From positions 11,021 through 75,020 of the forward strand of contig JABZIV010000003.1 in NCBI GenBank assembly GCA_015258095.1: a DNA stretch of 64,000 nt. The letters run 5' to 3'. Below the pieces are notes generated by a model. That model searched no databases. It had not been told where the DNA came from and saw only the letters and a list, made by a program, of their open reading frames with translations. A program made the position numbers and the translations under genes. Positions 49,587 to 58,143 of this stretch are shown here, piece by piece (within the stretch, counting starts at the first letter, position 1; every line of letters begins with the position of its first letter). The stretch comes from Lachnospiraceae bacterium (GTDB lineage: Bacteria; Bacillota; Clostridia; Lachnospirales; Lachnospiraceae).

Positions 49587-50339
49587 TTACTCCTTCAGAA
49601 AATGCTCCTCCAGTACCTTCCATAATTCCGTCCCGTCTGAAACGATATACTTCGCACCGTGCTCCTGTAATTCTTTCTCATCACGAAAGCCGTAGAGACA
49701 GCCGATGGAAAGCATTCCCGCCGCTTTTGCCGCATCCAAATCGGTCTTCGTGTCCCCTACCATAACCGCTTCTTCCTTCGTAATGCCAAGTGCACGGCAG
49801 GCTTTCTCAAGAGGCGCCTTGTCCGGTTTCAGGGGCATCACGCCGTCATCTCCGATAATGGGAGAAAAGGTTCCCTCCGGATAAACTTCCCGTAGGACAA
49901 TCTCCGCCTCCTCCTTTGCTTTATTCGTGATGCACACAAGCGAAATCTTTTTCTCTTTTAACTTCTCTATACACTCCTTTACGCCGGGATAGCTTTCCAG
50001 ATGATAGGTGCAATTTATAGGGAAGATGGAATCATAGTAGGCACAAACCTCATCGTATAGGCCCATGATTTCATCGCCTTCCATATCGAGATCCATCGCC
50101 TTTTCTTCATCCCGCTCTTCCCATTTCTCCGCTTCCCGATACTTCTTATCGGCATTCTTTTCCAGAGCCTTTTCTACAAACTTTTTGTATCCCGTACCGA
50201 CAAAATAGCGGGTTTCCGAGAGGCTCACCCCTTCCAAACCGAAGTGCTCCATCGTGCAATCCATGTTCTTTTTTAAACTGTGCAAGGTATTCACGAGGGT
50301 TCCGTCCAAGTCAAAAAAAACTGCTTTTAATTCTTTCAT
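49587..50339 (-). CDS. HAD-IA family hydrolase (phosphoglycolate phosphatase-like) with a charged insertion in the cap region
   Basis: FFDLDGTLVNT motif I and GDTKTDLDAAKAAG motif IV. An E/K/D-rich insert lies in between. Confidence 0.7.
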   Translation of the reverse strand: MKELKAVFFDLDGTLVNTLHSLKKNMDCTMEHFGLEGVSLSETRYFVGTGYKKFVEKALEKNADKKYREAEKWEERDEEKAMDLDMEGDEIMGLYDEVCAYYDSIFPINCTYHLESYPGVKECIEKLKEKKISLVCITNKAKEEAEIVLREVYPEGTFSPIIGDDGVMPLKPDKAPLEKACRALGITKEEAVMVGDTKTDLDAAKAAGMLSIGCLYGFRDEKELQEHGAKYIVSDGTELWKVLEEHFLKE

Positions 50340-50574
50340 CTTCTCTCTTTTCTCTATTCTTTCTTTCCCAAATACGTCTTAACCTTCTTTACGAGGGAGC
50401 ATTCTTCTCTACTAATCCTACTTTTCGTCATCTCCGACCGTAAAACGCCTCTAGTATAATCCAAGCCTTCTCTTTCCACAATCCAAAACAAAGGGCGAAA
50501 AAAAGAGATTCCTTTCCTATTCGGAAACTTCCCTCTATAATGATAAAGGAAAGTAAGGAAAAGGGGGTCAGAAA

Positions 50575-51300
50575 TTGCCTAATTACTACGCCGTAAAAGC
50601 GGGAAGAAAAACAGGAATTTACGAGAGCTGGGAAGATTGTAAGAAGCAGGTACACGGATTCCCCGGTGCCATCTTTAAAAAATGGAAAACAAAAGAAGAA
50701 GCGGAACGCTATTTAGAAAAGAAAACGGAAGTTTTTTCCGAAACGGAAAGAGAGGATGAATCTCTCTTTTCCGACTCCAAACGAAAGTCTGTCAAAGAAA
50801 AGCAAGACGACCCCGTTTCGGAAGACGCATTACAAGAGGCTCTCTTTCAAAAATACCCGACGGAGGCGATTGCCTTTGTAGACGGAAGCTATCAGAAAGA
50901 AAGCGGAACTTACGGCTACGGGGTCGTTTTCTTTATAAATAAGGAACTTACGGCGCAAAAAGGCAGAATAGAAGAGAAAGGCTCCGGCACAGAGGAGGCA
51001 TACAGGGAAATGCGCAATGTTTCGGGAGAAATTCTTGCGGCCTGCCGAGCTGTAGAGCTCGCCCTCCAATATGGCCTTCATTCCCTCAGCATTTTCCATG
51101 ACTATCAGGGAATTTCCTCCTGGGCAACAGGAGAATGGAAGTGCAATAAAGAAAAAACAAAAGCATACCGAAAGTTCATGCAAGATGCGGAGAAAAAAAT
51201 AAGGCTGGAATTTGTGAAGGTTCCAGCCCATAGCGGTATTTATTTTAACGAATTAGCGGACCGGCTTGCGAAAGAAGCCGTCGGCATACAAGCCGGATAA
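50575..51300 (+). CDS. rnhA: ribonuclease HI with N-terminal hybrid-binding (viroplasmin-like) domain
   Basis: N-terminus YYAVKAGRKTGIYESWEDCKKQVHGFPGAIFKKWKTKEEAERYL matches the hybrid-binding domain. C-terminal RNase H fold shows FVDGS...E...D...HSG, NELADRLAKEA. Confidence 0.8.
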   Translation: MPNYYAVKAGRKTGIYESWEDCKKQVHGFPGAIFKKWKTKEEAERYLEKKTEVFSETEREDESLFSDSKRKSVKEKQDDPVSEDALQEALFQKYPTEAIAFVDGSYQKESGTYGYGVVFFINKELTAQKGRIEEKGSGTEEAYREMRNVSGEILAACRAVELALQYGLHSLSIFHDYQGISSWATGEWKCNKEKTKAYRKFMQDAEKKIRLEFVKVPAHSGIYFNELADRLAKEAVGIQAG

Positions 51301-51306
51301 GGATTT

Positions 51307-52401
51307 CTACAGCAGGATAATCTTGTGCTTTTCGCACTCCTTCCGCATCTCTTCCGGCCAGATAGACGCCTGCACCTCACCCACATGGGCACGGTCAAGC
51401 AATAACATACAGAGTCTGCTCTGCCCGATACCGCCTCCTATGGTCTGCGGAAGTTTTCCTTCCAGAAGCATCTTATGATAAGGAAGGGCGGCTCTCTCTT
51501 CCTTGTGGGAAAGAGCAAGCTGTCTCTTCAGGGATTCCGCATTCACACGGATTCCCATGGAAGAAATCTCCAGCGCCATGTTCAAGGTATCAAACCAGAA
51601 CAAGATATCACCGTTTAAACTCCAGTCATCATAGTCCGGTGCTCTTCCATCATGGGGCTCCCCATTACTCAGCTTCTCTCCTATCCGCTGAATGAATACA
51701 CAGCCGTGTTCCTTTGTAATGGCATTTTCCCGTTCTTTCGGCGTAAGATCCGGGTATTTCTGTAAAAGTTCTTCGGAATCAATAAAGTAAATGGAATCCG
51801 GTAACTTCTTCACGGCATTCGGGTACTTATACCATACTTCATGCTCCATGTGCTTAATGATACGGAAAATATTCTTTACGGTCTCATGCAGTGTCTCTTC
51901 CGTCCGCTCATTCTCGGAAATCACTCTTTCCCAGTCCCACTGATCTACATAAACACTGTGCAGGTTATCGGGCTCTTCATCTCGACGAATGGCGTTCATA
52001 TTCGTATAGAGTCCTTCCCCTTCTTGAAAATGATAGCGTTTCAGAGCCAGTCGTTTCCACTTTGCGAGAGACTGAACCACTTCAATCGTCTCTTCCGGCT
52101 CCCATGGCACGTCGAAAGATACCGGCCTCTCCACACCGTTTAAATCATCATTTAATCCGGAACTCTTCTCTACAAAAAGGGGAGCGGAAATACGGGATAA
52201 ATTCATCTCCTTCCCAAACTCCTTTTGAAAAGTGTCACGAATATACTTGATTGCTTCCTGTGTCTCCCGAACAGAAAGACGGGGATCATAGTTTTTCGGA
52301 ATAATGAGTGCCACGTGTTTCCTCCTTCTATACTCTAACAGCGTCTCTTTACAAGCGCCCATTCTACTCCTCTTTTTTTTCGACGTAAAGCAGGAATTCA
52401 T
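51307..52401 (-). CDS. asnA: aspartate--ammonia ligase
   Basis: SLAKWKR...[16 protein letters not shown]...[13 protein letters not shown]...[14 protein letters not shown] aligns closely with E. coli AsnA. True start may be internal; there is an N-terminal ~25-aa extension. Confidence 0.85.
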   Translation of the reverse strand: MNSCFTSKKKRSRMGACKETLLEYRRRKHVALIIPKNYDPRLSVRETQEAIKYIRDTFQKEFGKEMNLSRISAPLFVEKSSGLNDDLNGVERPVSFDVPWEPEETIEVVQSLAKWKRLALKRYHFQEGEGLYTNMNAIRRDEEPDNLHSVYVDQWDWERVISENERTEETLHETVKNIFRIIKHMEHEVWYKYPNAVKKLPDSIYFIDSEELLQKYPDLTPKERENAITKEHGCVFIQRIGEKLSNGEPHDGRAPDYDDWSLNGDILFWFDTLNMALEISSMGIRVNAESLKRQLALSHKEERAALPYHKMLLEGKLPQTIGGGIGQSRLCMLLLDRAHVGEVQASIWPEEMRKECEKHKIILL

Positions 52402-52418
52402 TACTCCCGATACAGAAT

Positions 52419-52739
52419 TTACTCCAGATATTTTTCCGCCTCTCTCCGCTCTCCTCTGTCATAGAAGTAAGCATATAAAAATTCTTTCTGTTTGTCACTG
52501 ATGGGACAAAGTGCGGTGACCATCAGTTTCTTCTTACTGGGGTTATGCAGGAGGATGTATCCTCTTCCCCCGAGATAATCTCCGGCGGAAAGGATGCACT
52601 GTGTTACAAATCCTGTATACAGTCCTATCCTTTGCAGTATCCTTTCCGCCTCTTCTCCGTGTTTTCCCCAATCTGTCTCATAAAAATCGCCCATAGGGGA
52701 AAGCCAGCCTAACTTTTCCTCCATAGAACACCTCTCCAT
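52419..52739 (-). CDS. small hypothetical protein (106 aa)
   Basis: ORF between the SPFH gene and asnA on the same strand. No family recognised. Confidence 0.35.
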   Translation of the reverse strand: MERCSMEEKLGWLSPMGDFYETDWGKHGEEAERILQRIGLYTGFVTQCILSAGDYLGGRGYILLHNPSKKKLMVTALCPISDKQKEFLYAYFYDRGERREAEKYLE

Positions 52740-52791
52740 CTATAAAAAAGAAGCTCAGCAGAATCCATTCTGCCAAGCTTCTCCGCCCTAT

Positions 52792-54045
52792 TTATTTTTT
52801 ATGGCCGCATTCCGTACAGAACTTTCCCGTATTGCCGACGTGTCCGCATTCCGGGCAGGTCCAAGCCTCTTCCTTCTGTGTCCCGCACTCGGAACAGAAC
52901 TTTCCTAAATTCCCGGCGTGTCCGCACTTCGGACAAGTCCATCCGGCTATCGGAGCCGCTCCCGCCTGTCCACCGTTTCCGGACGTGCCATTACTGTTTT
53001 CAGGCGCATTCTGCGCCGCCGTCGAGTTCCCATTGTTTCCGCCCATGGCATAGAGGTTTCCGGCGTTAAATCCGCCTGCCTGATTCGCCATGTTCATCCC
53101 GGCAAATGCCATCATGGGACCTGCATTTTCATTGGCGGCCGCCGCACGCATCGCATCAGCCTGTGCAGAAGTAAGATTTGCCGCAGCCATAGTCGGATTC
53201 CGGAAAACGGCATTCTTCTGCAACTCTTTAATCGTCTCAATATCTTTATCCGGTGCGGTAACGGAGCTCATACCGAAAGCAGTCATTTCAATACCGTAAT
53301 GTTCCCCCCAGCTCTTAGATAGGAGTTCATTCAAAATCTGTCCAAGCTCATCGGTATGTGCGGTAATCTGATAATACCGTACGCCGCTCTCGGCAATTCG
53401 AGCAAAAGCAGGCTGTAATTTGGTTAACAACTCCGAACAAAGCTGAGATTCAATCTCTTGCTTTTTATAATCCTTCTCCACATTTCCTGCCAAGTTTTTG
53501 TAGAAAAGAATAGGATCTATGAGACGGTAAGTAAACTCTCCATGGGCACGAAGCGCAATCTCAATATCCAAGTCGATATTCTTATCCAGAACACGGAAAG
53601 GTACAGGATTCGCTGTTCCGTACTTATTGCCAACAATCTCCTTCGTATTAAAGTAGTAAATCCTCTGATCTTTTGCCGTATCCCCTCCGAAAGCAAAACG
53701 CTTCACAAAGGTCTTAAAGCTGTTTACCAGATTCTCCCCTAAACTTCCATAAAAAATACTGGGTTCGGAAGAACTGTCGAAGATAAACTCTCCCGGCTCC
53801 GCAGATACTTCCACGATGGCGCCCTGCTCCACGATAATCATACACTGCCCGTCATTCACGGCAATCAATGCACCGTTTGAAATGATATTGTCCGCGCCTT
53901 TCGTGTTGGAACTCTTCGGACCGATCTTCTTCTGTCCTTTCACCATCAGCGTATCATTATCCAAGGAATCACAATAAAAGTACTCTCTCCACTGATCCCC
54001 CAAAAGCGTACTTGCCGCAGCACCGGCAGCTCTCACAAGTCCCAT
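52792..54045 (-). CDS. SPFH (band-7) domain protein with Gly/Ala/Asn-rich linker and C-terminal double zinc-ribbon (COG4260-like)
   Basis: N-terminus MGLVRAAGAAASTLLGDQWREYFYCDSL typical of the COG4260 family. C-terminus has two CPxCG...CxxCG ribbons (WTCPKCGHAGNLGKFCSECG; WTCPECGHVGNTGKFCTECG). Confidence 0.7.
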   Translation of the reverse strand: MGLVRAAGAAASTLLGDQWREYFYCDSLDNDTLMVKGQKKIGPKSSNTKGADNIISNGALIAVNDGQCMIIVEQGAIVEVSAEPGEFIFDSSSEPSIFYGSLGENLVNSFKTFVKRFAFGGDTAKDQRIYYFNTKEIVGNKYGTANPVPFRVLDKNIDLDIEIALRAHGEFTYRLIDPILFYKNLAGNVEKDYKKQEIESQLCSELLTKLQPAFARIAESGVRYYQITAHTDELGQILNELLSKSWGEHYGIEMTAFGMSSVTAPDKDIETIKELQKNAVFRNPTMAAANLTSAQADAMRAAAANENAGPMMAFAGMNMANQAGGFNAGNLYAMGGNNGNSTAAQNAPENSNGTSGNGGQAGAAPIAGWTCPKCGHAGNLGKFCSECGTQKEEAWTCPECGHVGNTGKFCTECGHKK

Positions 54046-54270
54046 AGTTGTCTCCTTTTACATCGTCATACTGTATTTCAGAAAAAATGCTCTAAAAGCA
54101 GGTTTTTTAACGTCTAAAATCGTATCATATTTTTAGAAAAATGGAAAGAATAACTCTACTTTAAGTAATATCCGTAAGGAAAGCAGTCGATAGAGGAATG
54201 TTACCCATTGCTTTAAATGATACAATTCTTATCATCATCAAAATGAGTCGTTCACAAAGAAAGGAATCTT

Positions 54271-55122
54271 ATGAAAGTACTTATTTATGGCGTCGGGCTT
54301 GCCGGAAGGCAGGTCTATAAAGAAATGAAAAACAAGGTTCAGGTTATTGGCTTTTTAGATAGCGACCCTGATAAAAAGGGCCGTGTCATTACGGACGGTT
54401 TACTCTGTTTGGGCGGACCGGACTGCCTTTCCGAAGTGGACTTTGACCAGATTCAAATCACATCCCTATTTTTCAGAGAAATTAAAAAAGCATTGCTGGA
54501 GTCTCAGATCCCGGAAGAAAAAATCACAGTGAATCTACCGGAAGAACCCATCTCGGAGATTCGTAACAGCTGGCTCTCCTGCTATGCCAAGTTGCTGAAA
54601 GACACGCAGTACGCCGTCGCAGAGGGCGGTGTGTTTCAGGGTGGATTCGCCAAATTCCTGAATCGTACTTTTCCGCACTCCAAGCTTTATTTATTTGATA
54701 CTTTTCAAGGTTTTGACAAAAGAGATGTTGACTATGAAAAGACCAACTACTCCTTCGGTCTCGAAGAGCATCAGTTTGCGAACACCTCCGTGGATATCGT
54801 TCTGTCCAAAATGGAACACCCGGAAAACGTCGTAATAAAAAAGGGATTTTTCCCGGAAACCGCAGAAGGAGTGGACGAAAAGTTCTGTTTTGTCCATCTG
54901 GACTTTGATTTGTACCTTCCGATTCTGGAAGGCCTGCGCTTTTTCTATCCTAAAATGGTCGAAGGAGCCGCCATTTTAATCCACGACTACTACAACATCG
55001 GTCTTCCCGGTGTCAAAGATGCCATAGAGGATTATGAGAAAGAAATTGGAAGAAACTTATATAAATTGCCCATCGGGGATGATCAAAGTATCGCTATCAT
55101 AAAGGACAGTCGAGCTTTATAA
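54271..55122 (+). CDS. TylF/MycF-family SAM-dependent O-methyltransferase with N-terminal NeuD-like Rossmann extension
   Basis: C-terminal domain EGGVFQGGFAKFL...LFDTFQGF...VHLDFDLY...IHDYY matches the macrocin O-methyltransferase family. N-terminus VLIYGVGLAGRQV...VIGFLDSD resembles the NeuD/PglD N-domain. Confidence 0.65.
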   Translation: MKVLIYGVGLAGRQVYKEMKNKVQVIGFLDSDPDKKGRVITDGLLCLGGPDCLSEVDFDQIQITSLFFREIKKALLESQIPEEKITVNLPEEPISEIRNSWLSCYAKLLKDTQYAVAEGGVFQGGFAKFLNRTFPHSKLYLFDTFQGFDKRDVDYEKTNYSFGLEEHQFANTSVDIVLSKMEHPENVVIKKGFFPETAEGVDEKFCFVHLDFDLYLPILEGLRFFYPKMVEGAAILIHDYYNIGLPGVKDAIEDYEKEIGRNLYKLPIGDDQSIAIIKDSRAL

Positions 55123-55203
55123 AGAGGAAGAACGTAAAACAAGGAGAACGCTTCCTAAATAAAACTTCATTTATAAATCTTTTCGAAACTGCCGACTAAG
55201 TTA

Positions 55204-55232
55204 TTGACAAGATTTTTCTTATCCGCTAGGAT
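55204..55232 (+). promoter_or_regulatory. candidate promoter for the SAM riboswitch-metK transcript (TTGACA-17-TAGGAT)
   Basis: -35 at 55204-55209. -10-like TAGGAT at 55227-55232. ~20 nt upstream of the riboswitch P1. Confidence 0.4.
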
Positions 55233-55249
55233 AAGTCCACAATTGAATA

Positions 55250-55351
55250 CCTTATTCAGAGACGGTGGAGCTACATAGGAGCGAAGAAGCCGCAGCAACC
55301 CCTTTAAAGGAAGGTGCTAACCTGAGCGAAGCAATTGTTTCGATCAATAAG
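55250..55351 (+). promoter_or_regulatory. SAM-I riboswitch (S-box) aptamer upstream of metK
   Basis: CTTATTCAGAGACGGTGGAG...GAAGCCGCAGCAACC...GGTGCTAACCTGAGCGAAG...ATCAATAAG matches the S-box conserved blocks. P1 pairs CTTATT with AATAAG. Location upstream of metK is classic. Confidence 0.75.
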
Positions 55352-55360
55352 ATTTGACGT

Positions 55361-55390
55361 GAACCATTGGCTTAGCCCAATGGTTTTTTT
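55361..55390 (+). terminator. riboswitch expression-platform intrinsic terminator
   Basis: AACCATTGG-CTTAG-CCCAATGGTT hairpin followed by TTTTTTTG. Confidence 0.7.
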
Positions 55391-55440
55391 GTTCTTTGTA
55401 AGCAAGTTGAAAGAGAAGTATAGAAGAAAGGATAAACACT

Positions 55441-56499
55441 ATGTTATTTTCATCAGAACAGGTATCAAACGGTCATCCGGATAAAATCTGTGACCAAATC
55501 AGTGATGCCATCGTAAGCGATATTCTTGCCCATGACAAAAAAGCAAGAGTTGCCGCAGAAGTCTGCATTAAAGACTATGATATCGTTATTTTAGGAGAAA
55601 TCACTTCTTCCTATATCCCGGATTATAAAAATCTGGTACAGGGCGTCCTGCAAAAAATCGGCCTGAAGGAAGTGGAGAAATACAAAATTCAGGAATTGAT
55701 TTCCGCACAGTCTCCCGATATAGCACTGGGCGTAGACCATGACGGTGCAGGGGATCAGGGAATGATGTTCGGCTACGCAACAAGAGAAAGCGAAGAAATG
55801 CTTCCTCTTCCTTACGTGCTTTCCACGAGAGCTTTACAGAAGCTGCGTGCTTTCAACCTGGAAAATGATTTTTCTCTCTTAAAGCCGGATGCAAAGTCTC
55901 AGGTTAGCTTTGATTATTCCGCACACCGCATTGACACTTTCCTGCTGTCTACACAGCACGATGAAAAGGTCAGCCTGAAGGAAGTGAGAGCCATTGTAGA
56001 ACGCATCATGCAGGAAACGGCAGAAGAACTGAATCTGAACACGGATTTCCATATCCTGGTGAACCCCACCGGCCGTTTCGTTCTCGGCTCCTCCTTCGCG
56101 GATTCCGGACTCACCGGAAGAAAGATTATCGCGGATACCTACGGCGGTGCCGCACACCACGGCGGTGGCGCATTTTCCGGAAAAGACCCTTCCAAGGTCG
56201 ACCGTTCCGCAGCCTATATGGCCAGAAAAGTTGCAAGGGATATCGTCTCTTCCGGTAGAGCCGATCGCTGTGAAGTACAGCTTGCCTATGCTATCGGCGT
56301 AGCGGAACCGGTCTCTCTCTACCTTGACTGTTTCGGAACGGAAAAAGAACCCGCAGGGAATATCTGGCGTTCCGTTCTCGATACCTATGACTTAACCCCG
56401 AAGGGGATTATCAAGAGCCTCGATCTCTTAAACGTGGACTATAACCTCGTCTCCTCCTACGGACACTTCGGCAAGAAAGAGCTTCCCTGGGAGAAATAA
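55441..56499 (+). CDS. metK: S-adenosylmethionine synthetase (methionine adenosyltransferase)
   Basis: GHPDKICDQISDAIVSD, GDQGMMFGYA, GGGAFSGKDPSKVDRSAAY motifs. 352 aa, somewhat shorter than E. coli MetK. Confidence 0.95.
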   Translation: MLFSSEQVSNGHPDKICDQISDAIVSDILAHDKKARVAAEVCIKDYDIVILGEITSSYIPDYKNLVQGVLQKIGLKEVEKYKIQELISAQSPDIALGVDHDGAGDQGMMFGYATRESEEMLPLPYVLSTRALQKLRAFNLENDFSLLKPDAKSQVSFDYSAHRIDTFLLSTQHDEKVSLKEVRAIVERIMQETAEELNLNTDFHILVNPTGRFVLGSSFADSGLTGRKIIADTYGGAAHHGGGAFSGKDPSKVDRSAAYMARKVARDIVSSGRADRCEVQLAYAIGVAEPVSLYLDCFGTEKEPAGNIWRSVLDTYDLTPKGIIKSLDLLNVDYNLVSSYGHFGKKELPWEK

Positions 56500-56520
56500 A
56501 AAAACTTGATAAACATAAAA

Positions 56521-56571
56521 ACAGGTCTGCAACAGAGGACAGTTTCCGTCTTTCCTCTATTGCAGACCTGT
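56521..56571. terminator. bidirectional terminator hairpin between convergent metK and the metE-like gene
   Basis: Perfect 12-bp stem ACAGGTCTGCAA/TTGCAGACCTGT with a structured loop. On the minus strand it is followed by a U-rich tract; on the plus strand the U-tract is weaker. Confidence 0.55.
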
Positions 56572-56608
56572 TCTGCTTCCGGTCCTTTATCCCGCTTTCA
56601 GAAGGAGT

Positions 56609-57727
56609 TTACTTCCAAACCTCTTCGGCAATCTCTTTCACGAGTTTCAGCTTATTCCACTGCTCCTCTTCCGTCAGCTTGTTTCCAATTTCACAGGAAG
56701 CAAATCCGCACTGCGGGCTCAAGTACAGTCTCTCCAGCGGTACATACTTTGCCGCTTCATGAATTCGCTTGATGACAGCCTCTTTATTTTCCAAAACAGG
56801 CGACTTCGTGGTAATCAGGCCCAGAACCACTTTCTTTCCTTCTCGAACCTTTACAAGGGACTCAAATCCGCCGGAACGCGCATCATCAAACTCCAGGAAA
56901 TACGCATTGGGATGTTCCTTCACAAAGAGTTCTTCCGCTACCGCATCATACGCTCCCTCACAAGCATAGGTGGAATGGAAATTACCGCGACAGATATGGG
57001 TATTTACGGTAAGGTCCTTCGGGCAAAGATCCAGTACACGATTGTTAATATCCCTGCTGATTTCCTGTAAGTGCTGAATTTCTTCCGCCTTTACACCAAG
57101 GAAAGCGGGTCCCTTCGGATCGGCGTACATTCCCCAGGTACAGTCATCGAGTTGCAGGTTCCGGCACCCCTCCTGATAGAGAGCATCAATAAACTTCTTA
57201 TATCCTGCCACAATATCCTGCACCAAACTCTCTTCACTGTCATAAATCTTGAAGGTTCCCGGACGGTTCATCGGGAAAACAAACTGGGCAAGGAACTGTG
57301 CCGGAGCCGGAATCGTCTGCTTGGCAACGGTATGTTCATCCTCAAACTGCTTTACAAAACGGAAATGCTCGATGAAGGGATGTTCCTTCTCTAAGGCGAT
57401 TTTTCCAACAAGGTAGGTATCGTCAATCATCGCATCCTCGCCATGGAACGGAAGACCGGTCTTCGTCTCCTCATGCCCTACTCCGCTGAATCCCCACATG
57501 AAATCAAGATGCCAGGTTGCTCTTCTGAACTCTCCATCCGTAATCACATGATAGCCGAGCGCTTTAATCTTTCCAACGAGCTCGGTAATGCACTCATCCT
57601 CCACTTTCTTTAATTCTTCATAAGAAGTCTTTCCCTGATCGAAAGCTCTTCTTGCTTCCTTCAATCTGGCAGGTCTCAAAAAACTGCCAACATAATCATA
57701 ACGAAACGGGGTTCTTAATGTACTCAT
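56609..57727 (-). CDS. cobalamin-independent methionine synthase II family protein (MetE C-terminal domain-like, YxjG/YxjH-type)
   Basis: MSTLRTPFRYDYVGSFLRP start with a GAGGAG RBS. Zinc-binding residues of the MetE catalytic domain (H...C...E...C). The ORF track extends to 57805. Confidence 0.8.
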   Translation of the reverse strand: MSTLRTPFRYDYVGSFLRPARLKEARRAFDQGKTSYEELKKVEDECITELVGKIKALGYHVITDGEFRRATWHLDFMWGFSGVGHEETKTGLPFHGEDAMIDDTYLVGKIALEKEHPFIEHFRFVKQFEDEHTVAKQTIPAPAQFLAQFVFPMNRPGTFKIYDSEESLVQDIVAGYKKFIDALYQEGCRNLQLDDCTWGMYADPKGPAFLGVKAEEIQHLQEISRDINNRVLDLCPKDLTVNTHICRGNFHSTYACEGAYDAVAEELFVKEHPNAYFLEFDDARSGGFESLVKVREGKKVVLGLITTKSPVLENKEAVIKRIHEAAKYVPLERLYLSPQCGFASCEIGNKLTEEEQWNKLKLVKEIAEEVWK

Positions 57728-57784
57728 ACGCTTCTCCTCTTCTCTATCCTTTTCTCTTCTATTTTCATCGCGATTGATTTCGAT

Positions 57785-57813
57785 ATTGTAAAAAATAGAA
57801 TGCATTTTGGCAA
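57785..57813 (-). promoter_or_regulatory. candidate promoter TTGCCA-17-TACAAT for the metE-like gene
   Basis: -10 is the reverse complement of 57785-57790. -35 is the reverse complement of 57808-57813. ~60 nt upstream of the start codon. No S-box in the leader. Confidence 0.45.
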
Positions 57814-58002
57814 GAGCAAAACTATTAAATTCATGCGCATTTCCGCACTTTTTAAATACTTGTTTTTTATATCTGCTTATAGCTAAAAACTATATATTGA
57901 AGAGAATTTATATTTTATGACTATAATCCTTTTTTTCATGCACGTATTGAAGAACATCGCGATAAAATATTGTATACAAAATACTATTAGTCTATACTAA
58001 CT

Positions 58003-58018
58003 GTTGCAATTGTAACAG
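58003..58018 (+). promoter_or_regulatory. candidate Crp/Fnr-family operator TGTTG-N6-TAACA upstream of pflB
   Basis: 5-6-5 inverted repeat in the AT-rich pflB leader. A second palindrome TTGTATACAA lies at 57970-57979. Confidence 0.3.
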
Positions 58019-58143
58019 AGAAGATTCGTTTTTTGCTGTACAGTATCTCACAGTAAGGGGAGGCAATACGGTAATCCTACAGAGTACGGTCTTCTCAGGA
58101 TGATTTCACACATAGGAAGAAAAACTTCCGGATGGAGGCAAAT

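Noticed and set aside
57728-57900. Expected an S-box riboswitch upstream of the MetE-like methionine synthase
   Set aside because: The leader is only ~60 nt between the TTGCCA-17-TACAAT promoter and the RBS. No S-box blocks are present, unlike the metK leader.
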